A stretch of 62,503 nt of DNA from positions 1 to 62,503 of IMG/VR virus record IMGVR_UViG_3300027834_000006. One strand, 5' to 3'. Of this stretch, positions 17,989 to 27,881 are shown in pieces. The stretch's first letter is position 1; every line of letters begins with the position of its first letter. Source of the DNA: a virus. Lineage: Duplodnaviria; Caudoviricetes. The notes beneath the pieces were generated by a model, which was given only the letters and a program-made list of their open reading frames with translations, did no database searches and was not told where the DNA came from. A program made the position numbers and the translations under genes.

Positions 17989-18581
17989 GACGGCGTCTCC
18001 ACTTCTATTGTGTCTGCTCCCTCGCGTATTTCTTCAAAGATTTTCTCACGTTCTTTTTTGTTCTTACCGGCGGTGAAACTATCGATGTATTTTTTTATGT
18101 CCAACGCCATCTTTGCGAGAATGGACTCGGGTACTTTATGCGAACAAAACATGGAATTAATCTCATTCGCCAAAGCCGCCATGGTTTTAACGTCGAGCAA
18201 TGAAGTTGAACCCAGAAGATAAATGATTATCTGTCGTTTGACAGCCGAATCCAGATCGGGTCTTTTCAATATAGCAACCATCCTGTCAAAGCGAAACTTC
18301 TCGGTATCCCGCAACATCTTCATTGCCATGTTTGTGGTGGTCTCAAAGTCCTTGTGGGCTACTGAAATTCTTGGGGCATTGTTCTTGGGGCTTTTAGATA
18401 TTGAATAATCATCACCCAACATACTATATTTATAGCCTTTGCGCATCTTACTAAACATCTTCTCCTTACACTCCTTGCAAATACGTTCGCCCCTCTCCCT
18501 TGAAGATAGAAACACATTGTTTTCATCGAGAGTCCTTCCGCATGCCTTGCATCTTTTTTCAGTCTGCATTTTCACCGCCAT
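17973..18581 (-). CDS. possible terminase small subunit, Zn-finger protein
   Basis: Overlaps the terL start; CKACG..CKEC; assignment by position only. Confidence 0.35.
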   Translation of the reverse strand: MAVKMQTEKRCKACGRTLDENNVFLSSRERGERICKECKEKMFSKMRKGYKYSMLGDDYSISKSPKNNAPRISVAHKDFETTTNMAMKMLRDTEKFRFDRMVAILKRPDLDSAVKRQIIIYLLGSTSLLDVKTMAALANEINSMFCSHKVPESILAKMALDIKKYIDSFTAGKNKKEREKIFEEIREGADTIEVETPSWEKE

Positions 18582-20499
18582 TCAATAGGGTTTTACTGTT
18601 TTTATAATTGTCGCTGATCCCATCCCCTATGAGGTCGTATAGGATTCTCAATCCATAGAAAAACTCAAAGATCTTCAACAGTTGGGCTATTTCTTTCTCC
18701 TCTCCATCACAGTAATCACCCAAACATCTTAGAACATTCTCTACCCCCATGCACCAGGACTGGATTACATGCATCGTAGCAAAATAGCACATCGGGTCAT
18801 GGAGGACTTCCATTCTAACCTTATTGGCGTAGCCGAGCAACTGCTGACGACCCGTTTGATCCAGATTCCCATCGTTATACATGCCGAACCCTTCCTCGCA
18901 ATCCACTAAAAATCTATCAATTGCAGCCCTGCTCCTGTCAATATAATCCCTTCCCTTGACAATCTGTGTATCAACCTTTTTTCTATCGCAATCTATTTTC
19001 TCTTTATCAATAACCAGCAGGCTGTCCAGAGTTTTCATGGGAGAGAACACTTCGTCCATATGCCTATTGATGGCATCTCGAAGAGGCATGATCTCTGTGC
19101 CCCTGATCAGAGCCCCACCCTCAGTGGCATTTATGCAAGTACCTTTCCAATTTGCTATGTCCAGCTCAAACCGTTTCAGCATTCCCACCCAAGTTTCCAG
19201 GGATTCAAGTTTTTGCCCGTTGTTCCCCATTACACTGGTTCTTTGCTGAATCAAAGGCGACCCCTTAAGGCCACTGCTGGCATGATCGGCGCCCTTCACA
19301 TGAGTCTTGCCGTCTGGAGCAAAAGCCAAATCCTGTCCTACCAATATGATCGGATCACATCCCATGAATACCGCCATCTGAAACGCCATATTGGTTACTG
19401 ACTTTCCCGTATTAAGAATACCCTTATCAAGATCCAACCATTTGAAATGTGCGAAATCACGAAACACAATCATCTTCTTCCCATGCCATTCATCGTAAAC
19501 CTGCGGCTTCACTACCGGACAAGCACCCAGCCACATCTGTTTCATAAATGCTTTTTTGTCGTCGGAGATCTGTTTGAAATGTTTACATGTGGTCAGATTT
19601 CTTTCAAGAGAACATACTATGTCTGGTATGATGGGAGTCTCATAATTAAAAAAGGTATTCAAGGATGCATCAGCCGCAAAAAATACTGCCCTGTCTTTAA
19701 TCTCGGGCAACAAATGAATGTTGTTGTTGAGTGATGGACCGGTGGCAACTATTACCGCAGGTTTTTCCTTGAATTGATCCCTTAACAAACCAACGCCGGG
19801 ATTGCCAATTATCGTTTCCATGTTCAGCAGCATATTATCTATTCCAGACCAGCTATCCAGGGGGTCATTGCCGTATGAACTCCTTATGTCGAAACATATT
19901 CTTTTGATTTCAGAACATGCTCTTTTATAATATTCTTTATTGAAACGAATAAGTATGGGATGTTCCACAAAATAGAATGAAGTGAATAGATTTCTCGCCA
20001 TGTCATTGATGAGACTGTATAGATGGTGATAAATATTGTTGGGGTCTTCTCCAACCACAAACCTTATGGCCGGATGTTCAAAAATACCAAACTTCTCGCC
20101 TCCGCTTGAAGTCAGATGTAATGCCCTGTTTTCTATAAATTTTCTGAATAACTGTATGTCATTCTCAATGACAATAAATAGGCTGGTTTTACCGGAAAAC
20201 TTATGGATGATATTGGCGAGTTCATAGCCCATCCCCACGCCCAACACAACCACCACGGCAGGCGACTGAATGTCTTCGGATAAAACCGAATCTACAAAGA
20301 ACCTTGCTTGCCCCGCCGGATCATCCTTGGAATGAATCAACCACTGCTGCCCTCCACGCTGAACAGTGCATGTGCATTCGTCTGCTTTATTGCTGGGCGC
20401 CACCTTTACAGAGTAATCATCGTTCATTCCCTTCATTTTTTCAACAATATGCGGATAGTGTTTTCTCAGTTGTTCCATGTTCACATCAATTATGCTCAT
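18559..20499 (-). CDS. maf: Maf (motility-associated factor, DUF115/MptE-like) nonulosonate glycosyltransferase
   Basis: IHSK.DP, LGVGMGYE, IVATGPSL..N, AADAS, PDIV.SLER, GKSV.NMA..A..MGCDPIILVGQDLAF, CINATEGGA.I.G; 646 aa with helical C-terminus. Confidence 0.85.
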   Translation of the reverse strand: MSIIDVNMEQLRKHYPHIVEKMKGMNDDYSVKVAPSNKADECTCTVQRGGQQWLIHSKDDPAGQARFFVDSVLSEDIQSPAVVVVLGVGMGYELANIIHKFSGKTSLFIVIENDIQLFRKFIENRALHLTSSGGEKFGIFEHPAIRFVVGEDPNNIYHHLYSLINDMARNLFTSFYFVEHPILIRFNKEYYKRACSEIKRICFDIRSSYGNDPLDSWSGIDNMLLNMETIIGNPGVGLLRDQFKEKPAVIVATGPSLNNNIHLLPEIKDRAVFFAADASLNTFFNYETPIIPDIVCSLERNLTTCKHFKQISDDKKAFMKQMWLGACPVVKPQVYDEWHGKKMIVFRDFAHFKWLDLDKGILNTGKSVTNMAFQMAVFMGCDPIILVGQDLAFAPDGKTHVKGADHASSGLKGSPLIQQRTSVMGNNGQKLESLETWVGMLKRFELDIANWKGTCINATEGGALIRGTEIMPLRDAINRHMDEVFSPMKTLDSLLVIDKEKIDCDRKKVDTQIVKGRDYIDRSRAAIDRFLVDCEEGFGMYNDGNLDQTGRQQLLGYANKVRMEVLHDPMCYFATMHVIQSWCMGVENVLRCLGDYCDGEEKEIAQLLKIFEFFYGLRILYDLIGDGISDNYKNSKTLLNGGENAD

Positions 20500-20523
20500 T
20501 CAGTATCCCCTAATAAAGATATT

Positions 20524-21558
20524 TTATGTTCCAATCATACAATCAGCCCCATTATAGACCACAATATTCGCTTCCTTGCCATAAACATTTTTTACATGCA
20601 AAAGAAATTCCTTCATTTCTTTGCACAATAAAACGCTTACGTCAAAATATTCCTGAATAGCTTCGTAAGAAACTTTATCTGTAACAAACGCCAGTGTTTT
20701 ACAGTACAATTCTTTTTCAAAGATACCATCATACGTAGCCGGGGTCAGGCCATTGGGCTGTTGAAATAAATAATGCACTCCTATTCCCTCCGGCATGGGA
20801 CTCCAGATACAAATCGTTCCTCCATTACGGACCACACTTTTGTTCTTGCAAACCTGCAAGGCATTCATAGACTGAAGAAAATCAATATTCTTGAACAGGG
20901 GAATTAGAATAGCAACATCCATATTATCACGTATGCATACCTCGTAATTTTGTTTAACAACACCAAAAACCTGTTCCCTGACCAACAATGGATCGCCCAC
21001 AAAGAGATCGACCACCTCCCCCTTATCATTAATAACAGAATTCACCAAAACATCTACATAGCGTACAGATTCCGTCATAGAATCCTCAATGCAATCCCCG
21101 GAAAAACCGTGAAAGTCCTGCACGCTTTTATAGTCGGACAACCCGGGACAGATTATTTTACCCCCGCCGCTGATCCCGGCATGAGTATGCGGCAATGCAG
21201 TGCCTACGGCTATAACATAACCCGACAAGGGAAACCGCCTAAGAGGATTGTGGTGATACACCCTTAATTCACTGGCAAAAAAACCCAACCGTCTTTCCAT
21301 GACTCGCATAGAAGCAGCCTGGTGCATGCCCGACGCCACAACAACAACAGTCTTATCAACACCTACTCTCTGCACGACATAATCCACAACACAGAACGCA
21401 ACGTGTGTATCGGGTCGAGTTAAGTCATCAATGACAATAGTGATTGTTTCATTGCTGGGCAGTGAAATCCAGCTTATCCTATCGTATACTTCCTGATTAG
21501 ACAATTGCTCTGCGGTTCCATCGCCCATTTTTACTTCCGTAATGTTAAACATAGCCAC
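20524..21558 (-). CDS. LarA (lactate racemase) superfamily racemase/epimerase
   Basis: IDDLTRP, ASGMH, HHNP and PHTHAGISGGGKIICPG match LarA D.TRP / G.H / PH..AG.SGG.K...PG; C-terminal GGTI....PEGIG. Confidence 0.75.
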   Translation of the reverse strand: MAMFNITEVKMGDGTAEQLSNQEVYDRISWISLPSNETITIVIDDLTRPDTHVAFCVVDYVVQRVGVDKTVVVVASGMHQAASMRVMERRLGFFASELRVYHHNPLRRFPLSGYVIAVGTALPHTHAGISGGGKIICPGLSDYKSVQDFHGFSGDCIEDSMTESVRYVDVLVNSVINDKGEVVDLFVGDPLLVREQVFGVVKQNYEVCIRDNMDVAILIPLFKNIDFLQSMNALQVCKNKSVVRNGGTICIWSPMPEGIGVHYLFQQPNGLTPATYDGIFEKELYCKTLAFVTDKVSYEAIQEYFDVSVLLCKEMKEFLLHVKNVYGKEANIVVYNGADCMIGT

Positions 21559-22198
21559 CCCTCCGAGCGAAAGCTTCCGCTATGGCAAAATCCTCGTCAA
21601 CATTCAAATTATACCCTCTTTCTTTGGGTATTTCAATGAAATGATAGGCGGGAAATCGGCATTGATCATATGCCTTTAGAAGAAATTCCCTGCTATATAC
21701 ATATAGGTTCCCACTGTGAACGCGTGGACAATCAGAACCATAACCACCATAGTTTATCATATAGCTCACCTTGAGATTGTGATCCGTATACGAAGTCCCC
21801 AAACAAGTATTGCACGCTACCCTGTCAAGTTCACCCAGCATCAGATCTACATCCCCGGCATACCGCAAAGGATTGGTGACCTGGAATAACATGACATACT
21901 CGATCTCATCACGACAATCTTTCTCCGTCTCTACCAGGGCATGTTGAACCGACAGGGTATGAGGGGCAAAATCCTCACAAAGTATCCTTGGCCTCTGGAC
22001 CCTGATAAACCCAGAGGGGACATTAAAAGAATGAGGAACATCACTGGAAAAAACCATTACAGCAAATTTGTTTTTGATTGTTTCGATGAAATCAGTTGTC
22101 CATTGATAAAGAGGTTTGCCACAAAACTCTTTAAAACTCTTCCCGTGAACTCTCTTGCTGAATCCCTTAACCGTTACTAAAGCCATTACATTTGCCAT
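21545..22198 (-). CDS. neuA: acylneuraminate cytidylyltransferase (CMP-nonulosonate synthetase)
   Basis: KGFSKRVHGKS...CGKPL..W, SSD, RP..L..D, LFQVTNPLR, SGNLY and N..EDF..AE. Confidence 0.8.
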   Translation of the reverse strand: MANVMALVTVKGFSKRVHGKSFKEFCGKPLYQWTTDFIETIKNKFAVMVFSSDVPHSFNVPSGFIRVQRPRILCEDFAPHTLSVQHALVETEKDCRDEIEYVMLFQVTNPLRYAGDVDLMLGELDRVACNTCLGTSYTDHNLKVSYMINYGGYGSDCPRVHSGNLYVYSREFLLKAYDQCRFPAYHFIEIPKERGYNLNVDEDFAIAEAFARRGGYV

Positions 22199-22811
22199 TG
22201 TTTCCTCCTATATCGTGTTTCATTTTATGGTATATGTACCCCTTGCCCAAAAATCTGTTGGTTATCCATCCTCTGCCCATACACGGGAACACCCATACCC
22301 CGTTGGTTGACTCTATCAATTCAGTACATCTGTGCCTTGGAACATCACGGCTCTCAAAAAGGTTGGATAGTTTGGCGGGTACAACATAAGAAATATAGAT
22401 ACCCCCCGTTTTCATTACCCCACAAACATTCCTCCATATCAGTCTCAGTTCATCCCGGTCAAAGTGTTCTTCCAGGCCATAAGAAAACACCAGGTCAAAT
22501 GTTTTTTCCTCATAGGGAAAAGGCTTGAGAACATCTCCCTTTTTAAAATTGTTAATCAACCCGCTAAAAAGTTCACGTTGATCCATCTTATGGGCTTGAA
22601 CTTCATAGAGCTCAAACATGGTAGATATTGTGGCACGACCGCAGCCTATCTCCAGGGATTTTTTCCCTCTAAGATTTTTATCGAGAGAATATTTTTCGTA
22701 CAGTTTCTTCATAACATCAAAGTTCTTAACAAATGGATCTATGTCAAACGGCGCCTTGCCGCCTCCGCGCTTATCCCAAAACTTTGCCCATCCATTATTT
22801 GAAGAGTTCAT
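22167..22811 (-). CDS. class I SAM-dependent methyltransferase
   Basis: LEIGCGRA, GDVLKPFPY..TFDLVFSYGLEEHF, MKTGG. Confidence 0.8.
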   Translation of the reverse strand: MNSSNNGWAKFWDKRGGGKAPFDIDPFVKNFDVMKKLYEKYSLDKNLRGKKSLEIGCGRATISTMFELYEVQAHKMDQRELFSGLINNFKKGDVLKPFPYEEKTFDLVFSYGLEEHFDRDELRLIWRNVCGVMKTGGIYISYVVPAKLSNLFESRDVPRHRCTELIESTNGVWVFPCMGRGWITNRFLGKGYIYHKMKHDIGGNNGKCNGFSNG

Positions 22812-23970
22812 TTATTTTTTCTCCTATTTTAATTCCCGCCATACCATCTCCATAAAGAGAAGAAGCAGGATAACCATCAACCGAAAACTGACGTTCTACG
22901 GCATTCACGATAGACCCCGCATCACAATCAACACTTATGACGTTTTTGCCATGCTCCCTACCCTTTTGCCTGTTCCCTATATTAACAGCCGGGACACCCA
23001 AAAAAGACGCTTCTCTTATGCCGGTAGAGCTATTCCCAATTATGCCTTTGCTCTTCAACAAAAGCGCCCCGAAGTCAGCCGGATCGATATGGCGAATAAA
23101 CTGTATGGGAAAATCTCGATGACGCGATACTTCCATCCTCCACATTTTTGCTATAGCTTCGCCACCGGGGTCTATGTTATTCCAAAAAACAATCTTTGAG
23201 ATCTCAATTCTTCTAATGGCTTCGGAAAATTCCTTCAGATTATGCAAGAAATTATCATCTTTGGTGTCTGCATGATACAATACAATAACGTAATTATAAG
23301 AACACACATTAACGCGATCTCCGGTTCCGCGAAGTTTTAATAGGTTGTTTAAATATCGGGGCAATTTATCAGTTGTGGTATATCTGCCCTTTTTTGAATC
23401 CTTGTTTCCTATATGCTCATTGTCACACAACAAATCCATCGAAGGGCATCCGAAACAATATACATTTGAATGATCGTCGGGTTTCATTTTGTGGATCCGT
23501 TTCTCAGCCGCTTTGGTAGCAGGGAAATGAATATCGGATAACTGAGTGACCGCGTTTCTAACCTTATCATCAATGCTCCCGGTTTTTTCACCGCCCTGTA
23601 AATGTATCAAGGGAATATTGACATAAGAAGCCGCAGTTGCCATAGCCAACACTTCAAACCTATCGGCTATAACCAACACCGCATCTGGTGTAAGTTCCTT
23701 CAAAATAGTCGTGGCCTCTATGATTCCCAATCCTACAGTCAAAGACATCTTTTCAAGTCCATCCCCCTCCACGGCAAGTGCAATATCATGAGTGGCAATC
23801 CCCGGGAAATCCCAATACATATCAGCAGACGCGTTCCCATATTTATAAAGACGCATACTGCCCCCCAGGACCAAATGTACTTCAATGTCGGTATCTTCCC
23901 GGAAGTATCGAATAATCGTTTTTACCTTATTGTACGATGATCTATTCGTTATCAATATTGCAATTTTCAT
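22795..23970 (-). CDS. neuC: hydrolysing UDP-GlcNAc 2-epimerase (NeuC/LegG family)
   Basis: T.RSSY, ADRFE.L, IPLIHLQGGE.TGSIDD..RNAVT.LSD.HF, GCPSMD, IGNSSTGIREA, NIG.RQ.GRE and LYGDG. Confidence 0.9.
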   Translation of the reverse strand: MKIAILITNRSSYNKVKTIIRYFREDTDIEVHLVLGGSMRLYKYGNASADMYWDFPGIATHDIALAVEGDGLEKMSLTVGLGIIEATTILKELTPDAVLVIADRFEVLAMATAASYVNIPLIHLQGGEKTGSIDDKVRNAVTQLSDIHFPATKAAEKRIHKMKPDDHSNVYCFGCPSMDLLCDNEHIGNKDSKKGRYTTTDKLPRYLNNLLKLRGTGDRVNVCSYNYVIVLYHADTKDDNFLHNLKEFSEAIRRIEISKIVFWNNIDPGGEAIAKMWRMEVSRHRDFPIQFIRHIDPADFGALLLKSKGIIGNSSTGIREASFLGVPAVNIGNRQKGREHGKNVISVDCDAGSIVNAVERQFSVDGYPASSLYGDGMAGIKIGEKINELFK

Positions 23971-25730
23971 TTTTTGTCTGATCCCCCATTTGCTATCTTG
24001 AGAAGCTCACTATCAGAAAGTTTGTAATCCATTGGTATGAGAATTTCCTGCATTTTCGAACCTTCACGGTACATTGTAACGCCTTTCACTTCATGTAAAT
24101 GCTCCAGCAATAAACCCCCTAATTCATCGCAGGGAAAATCTTTCTTCAGTAATATGGTTTTTGAAATTGCACTGTCAATATATTGCTGAGCAGTTATCTG
24201 TACCTCCATGTGTTCTCTGGGAGAAATATCATATCCCCCTACAAAATACTCATGCGGCTCGCCTTTGATTATCTTCTCCCTGAATAATTCATCCATCTCC
24301 ACCACCGAAGCCATCTCTGATTTACCATCATTATTATTGGCATTGTAATGTCTCTTGTAGATAGGACAAAAAATGGGTTCAACACCATTGGAAACTCCGG
24401 CAACAATTGAAGTTGTACCAGTCGGTTGCATGGAGAGTATGGTTCCGTTTCTAAGACCATATTTCTTGATACCGGATCTGATTCTTCGTGGAAGCCGTTT
24501 GACAAATTCTCCCTCCAAATGTTTCTCGGCATTAAATTTCTCAAAGGAACCTCTTTCTCGGGCCAATCCAATCGAAGCATTGTAGGCATAGTCTCTGATA
24601 TTCAGAAAAAGGGAATCCATGAACTCAAGGCTTTTTTCTGAACCGTATTCCTCTATGCCCATCTTCAGCATCAAGTAATGGAGGCCCATAACCCCCAGGC
24701 CGATCTGTCGGGTTTGATGGGCATTGAGCTCTATGGTGCTCAGGGGATAATGTGAAATATCCAAAACATCATCCAGGAACCTGACTGCAAGCCCTATAGT
24801 GCGTTCCAATTTATTCCAGTCTACGTCACTGGTTTTTTCGTCATACATCTCAGATAGGTTAATGCTACCCAAACAGCACGATCCGTATACGGGAAGCGGA
24901 ATCTCTCCGCATGGATTAAGCGTATAAACATCATGGACATACCACAAAGGATTATACCTGGCGATAGTATCCAAATTAATAAGCCCGGGATCTCCGCAAT
25001 CCCATAAATTCTTGACTATATAATCCCACAATTCCACCGCCTTTACTGTATCATACACCTTGTTCTTAAAAACCAAATCCCATTCCTGATTGTTCTTAAC
25101 AGCTTTCAGGAATTTATCCGTTATGCCTATGGAGATATTGAAGTTCTGGAGCTCTCCCTCTTCTACCTTACTGCCAATAAACTTGTATATTTCTGGATGA
25201 TCGATCCGCAGAATTCCGATACATGCTGCTCTTCGTTGTCCTCCCAATTCTACGGTAGATAGGATCGAATTCAGTGCCTTCATAAATGACACCACCCCTG
25301 AAGAGCAACCGCCCTTACCGACAATGGGAGTGCCGACAGGTCTGAGGTTGCTGAAATTTATTCCAATGCCTCCCCCGGTAGAAGAAATCATCAATGCATC
25401 CTTGTATAGCTCTGCTATGCTTTCTATATTATCATCTACGCCCAGCGCGTAGCAATTGATGAGCATCCCTTTGTTCCTGCTGGCATTTCTCAGCACCCTT
25501 CCCCCTGGAACAAAAAGGGAATCGGTCATAATTTTCTCGAACTCTGCGATTACTTTCTCGTCCTCTCGCAGTCCCACTGCCTTGGCAACCCGATTGCAAG
25601 CAGTTTCCCAGAGCTTTTCGTTCTTATCGAAAGCATAACGTAAATCAAATATCTTCTTCCTATATCCCGTCAAGTCTGTGGCTCCGTCAAGCATACACTC
25701 ATCAACACTACAATCAACACATTCGACCAT
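23967..25730 (-). CDS. nrdJ: class II (adenosylcobalamin-dependent) ribonucleotide reductase
   Basis: PGGRVL, NCY, GGGIG.NFS.LRP, NPCGEIPL..CCLGSINL, GLGVMG, QPTGT.S, GVEP and DSAISKT; no beta-subunit gene recognised. Confidence 0.88.
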   Translation of the reverse strand: MVECVDCSVDECMLDGATDLTGYRKKIFDLRYAFDKNEKLWETACNRVAKAVGLREDEKVIAEFEKIMTDSLFVPGGRVLRNASRNKGMLINCYALGVDDNIESIAELYKDALMISSTGGGIGINFSNLRPVGTPIVGKGGCSSGVVSFMKALNSILSTVELGGQRRAACIGILRIDHPEIYKFIGSKVEEGELQNFNISIGITDKFLKAVKNNQEWDLVFKNKVYDTVKAVELWDYIVKNLWDCGDPGLINLDTIARYNPLWYVHDVYTLNPCGEIPLPVYGSCCLGSINLSEMYDEKTSDVDWNKLERTIGLAVRFLDDVLDISHYPLSTIELNAHQTRQIGLGVMGLHYLMLKMGIEEYGSEKSLEFMDSLFLNIRDYAYNASIGLARERGSFEKFNAEKHLEGEFVKRLPRRIRSGIKKYGLRNGTILSMQPTGTTSIVAGVSNGVEPIFCPIYKRHYNANNNDGKSEMASVVEMDELFREKIIKGEPHEYFVGGYDISPREHMEVQITAQQYIDSAISKTILLKKDFPCDELGGLLLEHLHEVKGVTMYREGSKMQEILIPMDYKLSDSELLKIANGGSDKK

Positions 25731-25736
25731 TTTTTT

Positions 25737-26321
25737 TTACTCCTGTATTTCAAGAGAATCTATTTGTTCTTTGGGTTTGCGAGTTTTTTTGTCGGTATCC
25801 CATGAACCAGCTAGCATAGCACTGAAATAATGTTGTGCCGTTTCAATCACGCGTCTCAATAATCGCATGTCATCTTGTTGCATGTCTCTTACACTAAGAA
25901 GTTTACGTATTTTGCCAGCATTAAATACACCATACAATTGACCTATGGCGGCGTTGAGGAACCCGGGGGTCAACGTAGTAACATTAAAAAATGAAAGGCT
26001 GACACACTGGTCTTTTTTCATGGCAACCTCAATACGGTCATAAACCTTCTGGCCTTCGCTTGGTACAATACATACCGGATGTCCTATGATTTCAAACACA
26101 GACAATCCCAAGCTCCTATACCTCATTGCTCCACTCCTGTATTCCAAAAAAGCGGGAGTCGTCTTAGGCGGCGGGCCGTCCCGCCCTTTCTTTTTTAGCA
26201 CACAACCTAAACAACAAGTACAACCAGGATAGTCTTCATAGGGATGCTCTTTGTGAAAATCGCAATCCTTACGCGTTATAACGGTTTCATAGTCATCTGG
26301 ATTATGTTCAATTAACATCAT
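25737..26321 (-). CDS. STAS-like DUF4325 domain protein with Cys-rich N-terminal extension
   Basis: GQKVYDRI...V.LSF.NV..LT..FLNAAIGQLYG; possible internal start at MRYRS. Confidence 0.65.
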   Translation of the reverse strand: MMLIEHNPDDYETVITRKDCDFHKEHPYEDYPGCTCCLGCVLKKKGRDGPPPKTTPAFLEYRSGAMRYRSLGLSVFEIIGHPVCIVPSEGQKVYDRIEVAMKKDQCVSLSFFNVTTLTPGFLNAAIGQLYGVFNAGKIRKLLSVRDMQQDDMRLLRRVIETAQHYFSAMLAGSWDTDKKTRKPKEQIDSLEIQE

Positions 26322-26351
26322 TAACCTCCAAACAAAATAACATCAAAATGC

Positions 26352-27017
26352 TCACCGGACACCCAGCCCCATACGCATCTTGACCAGGTCTATGGCATAC
26401 CCGTAAAGATGCAATCCTTTTGAGGCCACAATCATTTCTCCGTCTTCTACCCCGATATTCTTTGCCATATATTCTTTGACCTGCTGGAGTCCGGCAAGAT
26501 TCGCCGGGAACCCACCCCATAAATCCCAACTTCTGAAATACATGATAAAATGAAGCTTGTCATCTTTAATCCGTGTGTCGATATGTCTCAGACAGGGGGG
26601 ATCTTCCAGGTCGATGTCTGAAGGCTGACCTATTTGCATAATAAGCTGGTTTGTACCGAAACCAAGTTTTTTATAACGATCGATCACCTTGTCCATTGAT
26701 AGCAGGAGACGTTCCCCGTAAGTGTATTGTTCATTGTCTTCCTTGATTCCGGTCATAAGGTAACGGGCTGCATATTCGTCAACATATTCCTGGGTAGTGG
26801 GAGGGGGTATTCCCAGCCATTGCGGAATGTCAGGCACATGGGGCATGGCTCCTGGGTGTTTGATGTGTATGGTGATATAGTCAAATTCCCTTCGCACTTG
26901 CCCTTCGAAACTTCCCAAGTCTATTTTATACTCGGCTACGTCTTTTTCCAGAATGCGACTCATTGTCTGAAACCAGGCATCCGGGATGGTAGTCGCCTCA
27001 ATTGAAATCGTGTCCAT
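26352..27017 (-). CDS. thyA: thymidylate synthase, short (archaeal-like) ThyA
   Basis: YTYGERL, DPPCLR, YFRSWDLWGGFPAN and LHLY; start ATG 27017 after AAGGAG. Confidence 0.85.
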   Translation of the reverse strand: MDTISIEATTIPDAWFQTMSRILEKDVAEYKIDLGSFEGQVRREFDYITIHIKHPGAMPHVPDIPQWLGIPPPTTQEYVDEYAARYLMTGIKEDNEQYTYGERLLLSMDKVIDRYKKLGFGTNQLIMQIGQPSDIDLEDPPCLRHIDTRIKDDKLHFIMYFRSWDLWGGFPANLAGLQQVKEYMAKNIGVEDGEMIVASKGLHLYGYAIDLVKMRMGLGVR

Positions 27018-27021
27018 TATG

Positions 27022-27858
27022 TTACTCTCCTTTCGTTTCGGGGAGTTCTTCAAGATACCGATCTTTGTATTTCTCTTTTGTTTCCAGTTCCCTGAATTGC
27101 ATGCCCAGTGCACCGTTACCCAACAACTCACTGGCTTCTTTGGCATCCCTGCAAAGAGCAGCCAGCTTTTCCGGTCCATATGCTATCTCTGAGGTTGGCC
27201 CGTAGGATCTTCCTATCTTTATATGTACCTCTATGTATTTTACGCCCATACCCATAACAATCGCGGGGACTATCCTGTTATAACAATGATCGGAATAACC
27301 GATTTCAACATTGGAACCCTGCGAAAACGTGTCCCGTAAAGTATCAATTCGGTTCAAATTAGCCTCGTTTGGGTATGTCGGGTACAGTGAGACACAATGC
27401 ATTAGAACGATTTTGTCTCCTGGAAGATCCTGCTTGATCAAATCGATTGCTGACATATCGTTCCACATTCCAGTAGAAAGAAAAATGGTTTCCCAGTAAT
27501 GTTTTTTGATACGTTCCAGCATTTTTTCGGTTATCTGCCCGCTTGCAATTTTGATGTTCTTGACGTTTAACTCGGCCAGAATATCTACTATATGCGGGTG
27601 GTTCGCAGTTACGGCAAACTTCATACCCAGCTCTTCGGTCAGGTTTTTGAAAAGCATTAGGTTGTCAGTCGTCAATTGATCGCCTTTGTATTTTTTGACT
27701 TTATGCTGCCATCGCTCACCCATATAGTCAGTATCGAACATCTGTAATTTGAAATAGTGGGCACCGGACCGTGCCGCGTTTGCCAGGGTCTCTCCCAAAA
27801 GATCATAATTCCCATTCCAGTAATTAGCCGGATCACAAATTATCTTTATTTCTTGCAT
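27022..27858 (-). CDS. neuB: N-acetylneuraminate synthase family (NeuB), lacking C-terminal SAF domain
   Basis: N.WNG, K.Q.F, IKIASG, LSTGM, LMHCVSLYPT, ANL..I..L, GYSDH and IE.H. Confidence 0.85.
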   Translation of the reverse strand: MQEIKIICDPANYWNGNYDLLGETLANAARSGAHYFKLQMFDTDYMGERWQHKVKKYKGDQLTTDNLMLFKNLTEELGMKFAVTANHPHIVDILAELNVKNIKIASGQITEKMLERIKKHYWETIFLSTGMWNDMSAIDLIKQDLPGDKIVLMHCVSLYPTYPNEANLNRIDTLRDTFSQGSNVEIGYSDHCYNRIVPAIVMGMGVKYIEVHIKIGRSYGPTSEIAYGPEKLAALCRDAKEASELLGNGALGMQFRELETKEKYKDRYLEELPETKGE

Positions 27859-27881
27859 GTACTGTCCTCCTATTATAAAAA

